A DNA stretch of 64,000 nucleotides from Setoptus koraiensis. Taxonomy: Eukaryota; Animalia; Arthropoda. Shown piece by piece: positions 35,413 through 47,930 of this stretch. The notes beneath the pieces are model-generated. The model saw only the letters and a list, made by a program, of their open reading frames with translations, made no database searches and was not told where the DNA came from. The stretch is from positions 23,126,001-23,190,000 of the forward strand of contig CM106586.1 of NCBI GenBank assembly GCA_048013815.1, read 5' to 3'. A program made the position numbers and the translations under genes. Numbering within the stretch: position 1 is the stretch's first letter; each line of letters opens with the position of its first letter.

Positions 35413-36393
35413 ATGGAACATACAAGTCAAATAAATTTTTATGAAAGTTATGTATCCCAACTTGAAAAAAAGTATTCAGACAATCACGATAATGACCATG
35501 ATGGAATTGATTTGGAAGATCTCGAGAACTATACCAGGGAAATTGTACAGTCAACACCGAAACAATCACTACCCAGAAAAGTTAGTAGCAATGGGGTTAG
35601 ATCCAACAAGCGCGCTGCTGACTCGGCTCCAAAATTACAAACAACATCATCGAAACGCGTGTATGACAGTTATCAAGTAGATGATCTTAGTGACGATGAT
35701 TATGATTATGAGCTGACTACCCCCACCATTCCAAGGCAAAACAACAACAAGGCATTTGCTGGTAACCAATTGGAGAAACTGAGTTTCACCAGCCCAGATG
35801 CAGCACTCCAATGCGAGTTTCTGAAAAACATACTAGATGTCATAAAAAAGCGACAGCATTATGGAAATTTTCTATGCAAATTAATTATTGACCAATTGGT
35901 GGAACATCTTGGTCCCATTGTGTTTCAGCTATTCCTCAAAGATGAGATGCCGCTGAATTTTATAGCATTGATAAAGGTTAATAAAAAAAATGTACCTACT
36001 GTAGAGTTCCTCATCAAAAGCAACCACTCAGATGATGACTATTTGAGACAACTGGGTTGCACTCCTCGACAAATAGAGATTTCTAGCGAGATACTTCAAG
36101 AAATCAGAGAAAACTATTTCCGTAACCTCTGCTCCAAAGTTACCAGTCAACAAAGACAGATTCAAATGCCCAGATCACAACCTACTCAGCGCAGACTACC
36201 AATAACCAACGGTGTCACTCCCAGGAGAACATCATTACAGGTGGCCATCGAAAGACCCCCGCCTAGAAAAACAGCAAGTTTTGCAAACGATAAGATGGTT
36301 TCAAATGGGCAATCAAATTCCTGCTTGGATTCTTCAACGATACGCAGAAATCCACGAAGGTCCTGCCAGAAACAAAATCAATGCATTGACTGA
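35413..36393 (+). CDS. Uncharacterised 326-aa protein (orphan-like), intronless
   Basis: ATG-initiated 981-bp ORF, too long to be chance in AT-rich DNA. Acidic N-terminus, predicted helical core and basic S/TP-rich tail. No family recognised. Confidence 0.6.
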   Translation: MEHTSQINFYESYVSQLEKKYSDNHDNDHDGIDLEDLENYTREIVQSTPKQSLPRKVSSNGVRSNKRAADSAPKLQTTSSKRVYDSYQVDDLSDDDYDYELTTPTIPRQNNNKAFAGNQLEKLSFTSPDAALQCEFLKNILDVIKKRQHYGNFLCKLIIDQLVEHLGPIVFQLFLKDEMPLNFIALIKVNKKNVPTVEFLIKSNHSDDDYLRQLGCTPRQIEISSEILQEIRENYFRNLCSKVTSQQRQIQMPRSQPTQRRLPITNGVTPRRTSLQVAIERPPPRKTASFANDKMVSNGQSNSCLDSSTIRRNPRRSCQKQNQCID

Positions 36394-36873
36394 TTATGAT
36401 ATTTGCTCCAGTAAATTCAGACAGAGCTGAGAAGTACTAGCGATTCTTGTTAGTCACTCAAAAGGGTTTCCATAAATATAGTTTCCTTATGTATATAGAT
36501 TATAGCAAATCTGCAAGATCCTCTAGAGGCCTCATTACTAGATACTCACAAACGAATGAATAAAAGTGGTTGTAGTATAAGCCAATTAAGTAGGAACAAA
36601 TAAATTGTACCTAGAAGCAGGTATCGGCTGATTTCAGTGTAAATTAATTACTAATCAAGTATGGCATCCACATGAACCCACAGAGAGAATAGTCTTTGGA
36701 TGTTGGTACCATACATTAGTAGAAAAAAGAAACAAAATCTTTTTCTATAACATTACCGGAGTTTATTTCATCAGGACATCAACGAATGCGAGCTCTTTTT
36801 CAACTTCACACTTTAAGTGCATCAGTCGCTGAAATAGCTAGATACCTTACTTGCAAGTCAGATGGCATACAAT

Positions 36874-38868
36874 TCATTTACATTTACTCTCTAATTTAAG
36901 TAACCTATCGAGAATAATCATATTAGTTAATAATATGAGGATCATTAAAATCAATAAAATGATAAAAGTACGATTTTTCGCACTCGCTGGGACAAACGAT
37001 TTGAGTGAATCTGCCTTATGATTAAAGTTGAGGTCACTGTAACTGTTACTCATGGTCATGTAGTTTATCGTAGTACTATCGGATCGTTTCCTGCGTTTCA
37101 TAGTTGACATACAACTTCCGTTAATACTCTCTTCAAATGAAAAATCATCGGTATCGTGAGTCTCGCTCTTCTCACTACTTACACTGATATCAGACTCCTC
37201 ATTTGTTCGTGCTTGATTAAACGTTTTCTTTTTAAACCTATTCCTTAGCGAATGTTCTTTTGGGATATTGTCATCAGTTGTATCCTGATAAAAATCCGAT
37301 GGATTGCTTATGTAATGATCAGTGGAGTTTTTCAAGTTTTCGATAAAGTCTGTCACACCTTGTAAAGACTGTCGCTCTATCATGGTTTTAGCAATTGAGA
37401 GCTTCCAACCACTCTTTTCTTTCTTAAAATTGATAAGTGTGTGGACGCGCATCCGACTCTTATTTATGTCTCCTTTCCTAGTTAGACAATATGTCGTGTC
37501 CACTGTGAATGTGTCACCATAGGGTATACCGGAATTAGTTGTCTGAGAATGAAGCACGTACACTCCGTCTCTTAGCTCTGCTATGGTCTGATTCTCTTTG
37601 ACATCGACATGCTTAGCTAATACGTGGTTAAGATTCATAGAATACGTTAACTGGCGAGATTGTTTCACTTGGTGATTCGTAGATCCTTTTAATGAACCAG
37701 AATTTCGCGTCCAAGACCCTAGGATTACATTAAATAGTCCTCGTCTAGCCATGTATGTGAGCATAAATCTGGAATTTGTGAAAATAAGAGTGAAAAGTGT
37801 GTCGACATTGATATCGAACTCGTAATCGACGATTTCTAGACCATCGTGATTTTCGCAGTCACAATGGGTTGTTAGTTCGATGGGCTCTGCCTCTTCGTCG
37901 TGCCGACAACCCAAACTGACTTCATCGTCTACACTTTTTAGATCCGTTTGTTGGGTAGCCCGTTGTTCCTCGTGACTATTCGAAGATGGTTGTTTAGAGG
38001 ATGGAGTAGAATGCTCGAGTTTTATCCGCTCAGTAAGAGAAGTCAATTTTTCAGCTACTTGGTCCATGATTCCGTCATTCCGTTTATAATCATTGCGACC
38101 CTCGCTGTTGGACCGATGGTGTCCTTTTTCAAACAAACTTGATTCTGAATGATAAATGACTGCATTGTTTTCCGAGCAAGTGTCTTCTTTCCTGGAAGTT
38201 GGGGTAACAGTGTGATTATTGATCATGCTGCTTATATTTCTAACATCAAAGTCTTTTTTGCTCTCCTCTGATTGTGGTATCAAATCTAAGGCCAGTATTC
38301 CGGGTGATGGAGGTTCGGGACTATTGACTGTGAAGTCCTCGTCATCCGTCATACCCAAATCCCTGCCATAACTAAAATGTACTAGATTCCTCATTTCCGT
38401 GTCCGACATGCGCTCAAACATGAGATTGTTTTGCCAGATCCTAAGAATCATAACATAACTTTTGTCCCTTGCAATAAACGATGCAAATACGTGCTTGTCC
38501 CCGTTTGTTGTAACAATTTGTATGGCATTAGGTATGAATTTTGCTGTGTTGGCTTTGTATATTTCCGAAACATCTCTCAGCTTTACGACAAGTTTTGTCA
38601 CCCATCTAAACAGGTTGGAATAAAATGCGATATAATTGACAGAAATATAGACTCTACCATGTATGAGAATCTCTCTATGAAGAGCACATGAATAATCTGC
38701 TATTAGACGCTCAGTGGAAGGGATAGTATCACAGAAAAGTTTCAAAAATTCATCTGATCTAGATTTGTAACTGGGGGTTAATAAGTGCCTCCAACCTGAG
38801 CGGCGCTTGCCAGTATGAATATTGGGATTTGATCTAGTTGCAACTGGACTTGTTTCATTAGAACTCAT
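36874..38868 (-). CDS. GRAMD1: GRAM and VASt (StART-like) domain sterol transporter, GRAMD1/Aster family, intronless
   Basis: SYKSRSDEFLKLF..ERLIADYSCALHREILIHGRVYIS..FYSNLFRW (GRAM); LFTLIFTNSRFM..GIPYGDTFTVDTTYCLT (VASt); C-terminal TM. Confidence 0.92.
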   Translation of the reverse strand: MSSNETSPVATRSNPNIHTGKRRSGWRHLLTPSYKSRSDEFLKLFCDTIPSTERLIADYSCALHREILIHGRVYISVNYIAFYSNLFRWVTKLVVKLRDVSEIYKANTAKFIPNAIQIVTTNGDKHVFASFIARDKSYVMILRIWQNNLMFERMSDTEMRNLVHFSYGRDLGMTDDEDFTVNSPEPPSPGILALDLIPQSEESKKDFDVRNISSMINNHTVTPTSRKEDTCSENNAVIYHSESSLFEKGHHRSNSEGRNDYKRNDGIMDQVAEKLTSLTERIKLEHSTPSSKQPSSNSHEEQRATQQTDLKSVDDEVSLGCRHDEEAEPIELTTHCDCENHDGLEIVDYEFDINVDTLFTLIFTNSRFMLTYMARRGLFNVILGSWTRNSGSLKGSTNHQVKQSRQLTYSMNLNHVLAKHVDVKENQTIAELRDGVYVLHSQTTNSGIPYGDTFTVDTTYCLTRKGDINKSRMRVHTLINFKKEKSGWKLSIAKTMIERQSLQGVTDFIENLKNSTDHYISNPSDFYQDTTDDNIPKEHSLRNRFKKKTFNQARTNEESDISVSSEKSETHDTDDFSFEESINGSCMSTMKRRKRSDSTTINYMTMSNSYSDLNFNHKADSLKSFVPASAKNRTFIILLILMILILLTNMIILDRLLKLESKCK

Positions 38869-41234
38869 GTTGGAAACATATATGAATATTTGTAATAAAA
38901 TAAAAATAATGGTTCTTGTTCTTTAAATCATGTGGAATGTGTCAGCGAATGAGTGTGTGTGTGTGTGTGTGCGTTGTCTTGTTTTTTCGAAGAGCATGCA
39001 CAACTAACAGATGAGTGTCGAAATTATTCGCTTTGCACCATCAATGACTGACTTCTTTCCAACCAATCAACATCCACATTTGCTAGATATATGTTTATAA
39101 ATTTATTTTGTCTAAGCAGCACTTTTTCAATTGCGTGTTCTATTACTGAATGATATATCTTTTTGATGATCAAATTAAGCTCAAATCCATGCAGTGTGAC
39201 GCTCACTGTTGTACTATCTGTTGTTGTTGACTAAATTTATCTTGTCACCAAGATTAAGATAAAAGCTAGTTGAATAGATTAAGGCAGGCTATAGCTATTG
39301 CGGTGATTCTGTTGATATTTCGTTGCTTTAATTCACTTATCACCAGTTTACGGTGGCAAATAAAAACCATACACCTCCACATACACAGGTAGCTCCTTCA
39401 GCATAACTATATCTGTTTGAAAAATTTATGTGCTCTCCTCGAGTGTTACCTGATTTCACTTGATTAGTGTACACACATTATAAATAGTCTAGATGAGATC
39501 ATTGACGGCAAAAATGGCTACTATGATACGATTGGTTGCTATCAAATATTTGCCTAGTGGAAAAATTAATGTTTACCTCCTCCCTGTACCACGACGCGCC
39601 ATCTCGCGACTGAGGCAATACTTTTATGTACATTTCTATACAACTTTATTTACATTGCTTGGAATGGTGTGTCATGGTATTTGGTGTTATATAATGGTGT
39701 CTCTATCTAATTGTTGTCCTGTGTTAATAACTTATTGAAGGAACAAGGCAGCTTGCATCAGTAATATCATTAATGACGGTAAGCAGTCATTTAATGTGAG
39801 TTCATGTAGCAGTAAATCTTTGAGTAGTTTCCTTATTGATTCTGGACGTATACTTGGAATTAGTCGGCTGCATAGAAATTTCGCTCTTGATTGTCTCTAA
39901 GATTAAAAAGTATAACATGATCAAAAATTATTAGCAACCATTTTCGACATATCTTCCTCTTGGGGAAATGTTCTATACAGACATATGCAAGAGAATGGGA
40001 ATCGCAATTGTAGCCTTTCAACTTCCCTAGTTAGATGAGCATCGTGTCTGACATTTTCATCAATAACGCAAGAAAGCATGTGGTGAGAGTGATAAAACTT
40101 TTTATCCATTTTTCCCATCTGAAGTCTAAAGATGTGATAAATATCTCTACATCACTCATACAGGAGAAATGGTGTAAAGGTATTCGCAGGATACTCCTCG
40201 ATGACGAAGGCTAACGGGGTTGAAGGATTAGTCAGATTTTGCGAATGCTGTGCTGCTATCTCATTATGATAGATAAAAATATACTCAAAAGTTCCACAGA
40301 CGGAGATCGAAATTGACAACTTTTGAGACGTGATGTTCCAATCGCCAAACGAGATGGCTCAAGAGCACTGTAGATCCACTCTGTTTTTTACGGGATGATT
40401 CATTCTCATTCTTCACTCGAAACTCATCGTAATAATATCGTCAATTATCCCTCAAGATCAAGTAAAAGAACAATGGGGAGAAGAAAACAGAGAAGCGACA
40501 AGAAGTAGGGGGAAAAGAGCGCTGCTAGAATGGTTTTACAGTCGCAGAATTCTGCACATCATGAAACATCTGAACTATAATTGCGATTTGGGGCGTATGG
40601 CCATGATGTTCGCGAAACTCAATCCCACAGTAGCCGTCATACGGTCCACTTGTAAAAAAAAACAATAGGATACGATAGGCTTGCGCCAGTGAAGATTTGG
40701 AAAATTGTTGCTTGCTGTGCATGTAAGTTACGAGGACGACGGCGAAAAACCATCTTGCATATTGATTGCTGACTTCCCATCTGAAAGTGTTAAATCTAGC
40801 ATGAGTCGCGGTTCGTTATATTGAACTAGGAAACCCCATCCTTCGAGTTGGTGCATCTATAGTTGCATCAAGAGATGAATCACAGTGTCTCAATGGTTAT
40901 AATTTATTTAGCTTTCATTGACAAAGAGAAAATTCGATGTTTTTGCATCTGATGAGGTCGGATTCAATGATGACTGTCGTCGAAACGGTAGCTCTATATC
41001 TTATTTTTTTCAGATATCTACGTCGTTATGGTGATTGTTATTAAATTAATCCATCACACAGATGTCAAGGATGCCAGCTGTTGTCGCGCTCAGACCAAAT
41101 ATTTTTAGAATGCTTGATTAAAATCCGATCATCAGATCGCAACTAAACATTCTTCAATGCTGATAACTTAAATTTTAATTCAATCCAAGGATACCAACGG
41201 TAATATCAAGTTCTTCAAATGTGATTTTAAGAAA

Positions 41235-44200
41235 TCAGTTGTTCGGTGTTGATGGGCGATTTGTGGCGGAGGGAGATTGGGCCTCACCTGTTAAGCACGA
41301 TGACGCAATCTTTTGGGCTATCGCCATTTGTTGCTGTTGCAACTGATGACGCTGTTGTGCGAATAACTGCTGGCGATTAATTGTCTGGCGAGGGGGAGCG
41401 ACTGATAATGTTTCCATGGAACTCTGCATACCTCTTGTTACTAGGTTTTTGAGGCCAGCATTTCCACCATTGTTCAATCTCTGATAAAGTCTGCTGGCGT
41501 ATCTACTGATAGCTTGAAGTTCATCTACAACATATTGACATAGTTCGTGAGTCAATGGCACTGAGGCAGGATTCATTGCAGAAAGGTCAATTTTCTCACA
41601 ATAAACAAATTGTGAGGGTTGCCCATTCCATATACCACCACCTCCACAAAGCGAACTACCTGGCCTACTTGAGTAGATATTGGACATGCCAAGAGAAGAG
41701 AGGTTGTACTCGCTCTTAGACGATCGCATTGTACCAGAAGAATTCCATAATTTACGACCGATCGGTCTGTTCCGAACGTTGAAGTTATTTAATGTTCCAT
41801 TCTGGGAAGCCAAGGCAACATAGTCATTGATATCATTTTTGTTCGAATGTATGGAATGAGTTGCGGAGTTCCTACGGATTTGACGCAATAATGTAGGTCT
41901 CGGCGGTGTGACGGGACGAACTCTATAACGGCTACCACCATCGTCGACTGAAGACAGTTCGTCGTCTGAACTATCATGTCTCATGGTGCTATTGAGGAAG
42001 TGAGATGATCTGGATAGACCGACACTACTACTACTCCGAGCACTTGAGTAATGATTGTAATTGTGCATGCTCGGTTGATGATTCATCATCGACATAGCGC
42101 ATGAATTATCATTGAGATTTGACATTCGGGACGAAGATCTCCAAATACTCTGCGTCTTCAATGGTTTTAAAGTTTGGGCTATCAAATCATTCGTTTGCTG
42201 ATTAAGATTGGCATAACTGGTGGTTCTGACAGGACCAAGATTTAATTTACGTGATCTGGTGATGTCTCTAGGATGGTTGCACCAGATAGTATCTGGTACT
42301 TCATGGTTGTTGGCTGGTAAATAAAGTCAAGAATTTTGATCATATGAAAAATCTGATTAGAACTCAAGAGGCTACAAAAGATAGGTAACGAGGTAGATAT
42401 TCGAGGGTACTCACCAGTGTTAAGATTATTATTGTGATTTGGAATTCTCTGTAGCAATCTTCTCGACCCAGCCAAGTCGCTCAAAGATATAGATCTTTTG
42501 AGAGAGTCGAGTGGTGTTGTCCCACTGAGAGTTGCGTATTTTGACGGTGCATGATAATTATCCAATTCATGACGAAGAGATACATCACCTAGATTGGCGA
42601 CACTTTTGCTGCTTTCAGAATTGTAACGATTAATGCCTCGATGATTTACCTATGATTGGAGGGGAGAACGTTATCATTTATGTTTATTAGTTCCAAATTC
42701 AATAATGATGCCGAGTCGAGAATTTGAAGCTTGCGGTGCACTCGGTAGCAAATCTATTTCGAACTATAATGTATAGATCGTATGGTCGATGTAGTTCATG
42801 GAAATCACAGCTCAATCTACTGACTTGACATATCTATACCTCTTTCAAGTGTTCGACTTGTAGTCAAAAACAAAAGCAGGCTTTTTAAGAGATACGATGA
42901 AAAAAAGGATAGAATAGTAGTTCATTTCCAATAAAATGTATCGCAGTGTTTCAAACTAGTGACGATCTAAGTTCGAAAGCGACAACATCTTTTCGAACTA
43001 CCATTGAATTCTTAGCTAGATCTATTGAAGGTAAAAAGCATGCAATATATAATCTCAACCTGTTTGCAGAACAAAGGTTTGTAGCAACGTCTATCTTACC
43101 GTTTCTAATTTTTGTCGAGCTTCACTGATTGCTCTCGTGAGTCCTTCTCTTTTCTTCGAAAGAGGTCTACTAAGGGAATTACTCATTGGAGAGTAGTTCA
43201 ATGGAGTATTGTGTGCTTCATGCGTGTCTAACATGTAGCTTCGATTGTTCAGATTGGAATTCTGCCTGAAAATCTTTTGATCGGCTTGCTCAGTGCTATC
43301 ATTGCCAGTACTTCTAGCTAAATATCTTGACGACATAGAAGATGCAGCTTTCTTTGGCTTGCCTATAAGGCGGTTGACACCTGTTTCAGTTGTAGAACTA
43401 TGATTTTCCGCAGGTTTTAGCATGGAAGCAGATGTTGGCGATGATGAAAACGAAGGTGAAGTAGAGCGCGATGGTTGTTTTTCAATTTGAGCAGCCATGT
43501 TCATTTGATTGTTCATGGTATCAGATAATATCACATTATCTTTAACAAATTTTTCACGAGAGTTTATCTTATCTAGATTTTCACGGCTCTGGAACATTTT
43601 TGCGCGATTAATTACAAGTCCGTTTTGTATAATATTTCCAGGCTCACTGATTTTCCCATTTCGAAGCGCGTTATTGGATGTAGGTTTGTTCTGACTTATT
43701 CTACCACCATAATCGTCTTCATCTTCAGTCGCTGTTGTTGGCATAAAGGCGGAAGATGAATGAAAACTTGTAGTTCTCTTAGATGTCTGATCGCTGTCAG
43801 ATTTTCTACTAAACTGGTCACTGTCACTTGGATTATTGATATCTTCTCTGTTTGTCTTTTCTACTTGACACTGAACTTGATAGATAGGACGTTCATCTCG
43901 CTGCCCACTGTCTGAATGATTTATCATCGAGGAGAATTCTGTCTTGGTTGTTATGGACGTTCTTTCATTATTACTTGGTATGGTTGTTTCGACAATCGAT
44001 TTGTGTTGATGCTTGATTAGGTGGCCATTGTTAAAGAATTCACTTGTTAGCGGTAGCTTGTCTTCGTGAGTATGTATCAACCTGGACCTTTCATAAGTTC
44101 TTGAGGAAGGATTCTGTGGATAAGAGATGAGAGCATCAGTGTCTAGACTAGACTTCACACTTAAATTCTTCGTATTGTCCATAGTTTCCACCCAGAGATT

Positions 44201-46780
44201 TTTTTGTGATTCTCTTTGGAGATTCTCATCGATGGTGGCATATTCAGATCCTGATGGTTTGTATAAATGTTCTTGCTGAGAACTGTGTTCAGGTTTAGAA
44301 TCTAAAAAGAGCTGAGAGTTTTCGCTCATCACAATACGTCCTGATGTGCCGCTACCTCTCACGTGTTCATCTAGCATTTCTTGTTGTGCCCAAGAAGGCA
44401 AGGATCTTAGACCGACACGTTTAACTTGTCGATCCAAATCATTACTGATTTCAAATCCGCTCCGTGGAATATTAGGATCATTAAAATTGGAATTTGAGTT
44501 CAGTGAACAGGATGATCGTGACGAGGGAGGTATGTCCAAACTCTCTGCGATCGCATTTGCAATTTCCGAAGGCAAAGACCAAATGAATATGCAGCCATCT
44601 CCGGAAACGGATATCAGATGCCTGCCATCGTTTGTAAACTTGATACCCGTGACTAAGTCGGAGTGTCCATGATCAATAGTGGCAACGCATTCACCCCTCT
44701 GATAGTCATAGATGTTGAGGCTTTTATCCGTAGAGCTAGTAGCTAAGAATGTACCTGATGGATCAAGAGCAATTTTGATCAGTGTCCCTTCGTCACAAAA
44801 TGTACCCTTGAAACTAGAGCTGTATTTGATTTGAGCGACATTAAATAAACGAATTAGGCGATCCTGGCACGCTGTGATTAAACACGAAGATTCACTGTCA
44901 ACTTCCATGTCATAGTAGGTGACTTTGCCTCCCAACCTCTGATCTGCAATGAATGTCAATTGATTGTCTTGGTTCTTTAGACCTTTTCTGAATATTATGG
45001 AGTTGTCGGAACCGCAACTTATTAACTGAAGACTGTCACGGGCACGATTATTAACGAACCTCACAGCCGTAATAGATGAAGTATGATCATCTATTGTCTG
45101 TAGAAATGCGTAATTTTTATCAACGTCAAAAATGTGGATGAGATTATCGCGACTTGATGATGCCAAGTAGGAGTAACCACCAAATCTCTTCCCGTCTGAA
45201 TATTCTAAACAGAGTACCTCGGAATCGTGCGCGGCAATGTTACATATTTCTTTGTTTTGTAAGACATCGAAAACACGAATGCTACCAGATCTGCTACCAG
45301 CGGCGAGGTGTTGCCCTCCGGGGGATATCTTGAGGCATCTTATTCCGTTGCCAGAATCATAAGAATTTCCACCGTTCGCATTGTTCTGAGCATTATCACA
45401 ATCTGGATCGCAGATGAATTTCACTTTGGGATCAGTGAAGAAAATTTTCAGCAATTCGGGAGAAAAAATATTCTTACTGTAAACTTGATTCTCATCCGGC
45501 AAGTAGTTCAAGCCCTTCCTGACATTGGTTGACTTTGTAAGGCCTGGTATATTCCAGATACGCACAGTGTCATCACTGGAGCACGTAATAAAGCATCCAT
45601 TCGGTAATAATTGATTTTCAAGATCCGCAAAACTGGGGTATGTATCTAGACCCCAAATGCATGAGCTATGATAAAGAGATGAGTACAGCTTACTTATCTT
45701 TTCATGATCCTTCAGATCCCAAACGTAAACACTACGATCGCTATAGACACACGACACAGTTTTCAATTTTTCTTCGATTGATATGGCAATAACATTGGCA
45801 TGCAATGAAGAATTTAGCTGCTGTGATGGCTGACTGCTTCCGTCGAAATTTCCATTCCTAGCTTTTTTGGCGATGTCTGTTCCCAATAAATGAGGCCGAG
45901 GAAGATTTTTTAAAAATCTGAGTTCCTTAGTGTTGAAACATCTAATAACTCCATTGGCGCATCCCACGGATATCAAATTCTCGCTCACACTCAGACAATT
46001 GGCACTACTAGTTTTCAAATCCAACCATTTATGCAGTAATCTGCGGTTGTTAAACTCGCATAGCAGTCCGGATCTTGTAATGCAGAAAGTAGATTGAGAC
46101 ATGGCTCCTCGGCCGCATTTGACATCACAAAAATTATTGCCTTTTTTGTCTCCCAATATGGCACTCCGACCGTTGATGACGACCGATGAAGTGGACAGAC
46201 CGGATGCGCTCAGGTCTGCTCCACTATCACTAATGGGAAAATTTTGAATATACCAAAATTTTACGTGCGCTTCACCGACTGTAACAAAATACGAACCATC
46301 GGCAGAGAAAGACACTGCTTTGATCTTTGATGAAACTTTATGGGATGCAACTCGCGCATTTCTTTTCCATTCCCATACATTGATTGTCATGTCATGATTA
46401 GATCCGATTGAAACTAAAAATTTGGAGTCTGGCGAAATGGCCACGCATCTTATTTCGAGCTTATGGCCTGTGAACTCTGCAAGTGAATTTAGTGAGCTTG
46501 TATCCCAGATCCGAACAGAAGCTTTGTTTCCACATTCGCCTGTGACTAAATATCTTCCATTCTCAGATAAGGCTAGGGCCGTAATACTTCTTTTGGACGG
46601 AATCAACAGGTGCGATTGTACGTTTGTTCTCGGACTTAGCATGACAGCAACGCATCCAGCGGCATAGATTAAATTTCCAGTATTGGGATCGCACGTAAAA
46701 GAGTTTCCATTGCTGACATTGATTCCCAAGACCCTTTCCAACTTAACAAGTTGTTGCTGGTGTATCGATAGACTGTTCAT
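41235..46780 (-). CDS. WDR62: WDR62/MAPKBP1-family WD40 protein; predicted exons 46780-43100, 42649-42415, 42292-41235
   Basis: VKLERVLG start, YAAGCVAV, GRYLVTGECG, many WD repeats (CSSDDTVRIW, AHDSEVLCLEY, SSSRDNLIHIFD, GHSDLVTGIKF), and the conserved KLET and RSISLSDL motifs. Splice sites are phase-compatible, but the 3' exon boundaries are less certain. Confidence 0.88.
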
Positions 46781-47930
46781 CGTGGTGTAATTGCTCTGAC
46801 TAATATAGCAGCAATATATAACTACAAAATGTAGAGTTGATTATTCAAATATAATGGGGTTCACCCTCTTATTTATACTATTCATGTATCACCAGAGTTC
46901 AATTGATATGTACTTTTTTTTAATATATTATGTTCCGATTCGAATTAGCTCGAGTTCGTTGTAAATATTGTTGTATAAAATTTATTTTGACAAATTCCAA
47001 TATGTATAGTAGAGAGTATTTTGAATGGGTCTTTTTAAAACACCAATATGAGATCTACTTGTTGCTTGAATCGATATTTTGATGGACGACGGCGTCTCTG
47101 TTCATGGTAAATCTACTTGTCCCAATTTGGTTGTTTTTGTCGAACGGTCAGTGAGTGACCAGTCAAATTTAATTGGTGTCGATTGTATAGTCTCGATAAA
47201 TAATAGTGTTGGATGATGTTTTGATTTAACAGGTAAAAAGGAATAACTTTGATGACAGAATAAATTTAAATTAAGTAGTATAACATTTATCTCGAGACCA
47301 ATATCATGAATGTGCTATGTTGGTGATAAGATAGCATGGTAGATCCTTAGTATGATTTGATAACTGGTGTCTTAATGAGACGAATTAGGCCATCAATTGT
47401 TGCCAATAATAGTGATTCTTTGTATAGAAAGGAACAACAACACTAGCATTAAAATGATGCTAATAGTGATAATAGTAAAATAATAGATGTGTACTAGCCA
47501 TGATAATGGCGATAACAGTAATAATGTTGTCGACCATATCAAATATCGAATTCGTTCAGTACATAGAATTTGATGCCAGCGAATCAACAACAAGTATTCG
47601 CCTTCGTCGTTCCGAGAGCATAAAGTAGAAATAATGTAGTGTAAATCTAGGCAATGAAGAAAGGAAATCAACAATAGTTTTAACACCATTGCGAGTGGCG
47701 GCACCTGGTGATGGGACTTATTGAAGTCATTGATCGCTCAATGTAAGCATGTGTTCGCATGACCACTGGCTATCTTGTTGTGTTGGTACACACGAACAGA
47801 AGAAGCGCGTTGAAAATATAAAGTATTCTTTTTTCCTCTTTGAATTATTCAGAGCCGTTGTTGTTATAACACGGGTCAATCACACCCATCAATAGTTTTC
47901 GGTTTATTAAATTAATTAATAGACTCAACA

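Noticed and set aside
42970-42999. 9-bp stem hairpin AGTTCGAAA...TTTCGAACT in WDR62 intron 1
   Set aside because: Short and built on the palindromic TTCGAA core, so expected by chance.
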